From positions 1 through 11,541 of IMG/VR virus record IMGVR_UViG_648276671_000001: a stretch of DNA of 11,541 nt. One strand, 5' to 3'. This stretch comes from a virus (taxonomy: Duplodnaviria; Heunggongvirae; Uroviricota; Caudoviricetes). The first letter of the stretch is position 1. Each line of letters begins with the position of its first letter. The notes below the pieces were generated by a model. It was not told the origin of the DNA. It saw only the letters and a list, made by a program, of their open reading frames with translations, and made no database searches. Both the position numbers and the translations under genes were made by a program. This document shows positions 11,268 through 11,541 of the stretch, piece after piece.

Positions 11268-11541
11268 AACATACTGAACTCCGTGCAGCCGTACTGGATG
11301 CACTGGAGAAGCATGACACCGGGGCGACGTTTTTTGATGGTCGCCCCGCTGTTTTTGATGAGGCGGATTTTCCGGCAGTTGCCGTTTATCTCACCGGCGT
11401 TGAATACACGGGCGAAGAGCTGGACAGCGATACCTGGCAGGCGGAGCTGCATATCGAAGTTTTCCTGCCTGCTCAGGTGCCGGATTCAGAGCTGGATGCG
11501 TGGATGGAGTCCCGGATTTATCCGGTGATGAGCGATATCCC
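11264..11541 (+). CDS. U: tail terminator protein gpU, 5' part only (runs off the window end)
   Basis: ATG at 11264 overlaps the Z stop (ATGA). Translation MKHTELRAAVLDALEKHDTGATFFDGRPAVFDEADFPAVAVYLTGVEYTGEELDSDTWQAELHIEVFLPAQVPDSELDAWMESRIYPVMSDI matches lambda gpU. No stop within the window. Confidence 0.85.
   Translation, partial: MKHTELRAAVLDALEKHDTGATFFDGRPAVFDEADFPAVAVYLTGVEYTGEELDSDTWQAELHIEVFLPAQVPDSELDAWMESRIYPVMSDI

Overview
This window is the lysis-to-head junction of a lambda-like (lambdoid) prophage, most likely from an enterobacterial host, and I do not see a convincing novel system in it. Reading left to right: a divergently oriented small ORF, a SAR-type endolysin (R), the spanin pair Rz with embedded Rz1, a terminator hairpin, a Rha-family regulatory gene in the position where lambda carries bor, a small 64-aa DNA-binding-like gene on the minus strand, a complete cos site (lambda-type right end and cosN, but a non-lambda cosB), then the head genes Nu1, A, W, B, C/Nu3, D, E, FI, FII, Z and the start of U. 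Comparisons to phage lambda are from memory of its sequence and proteins, not from a search. The most notable anomalies are that the terminase large subunit gene A is broken by a frameshift in an A6 tract, and that Nu1 and cosB appear to form a matched non-lambda specificity unit grafted onto an otherwise lambda-like packaging module. No CRISPR array, tRNA or rRNA was seen.
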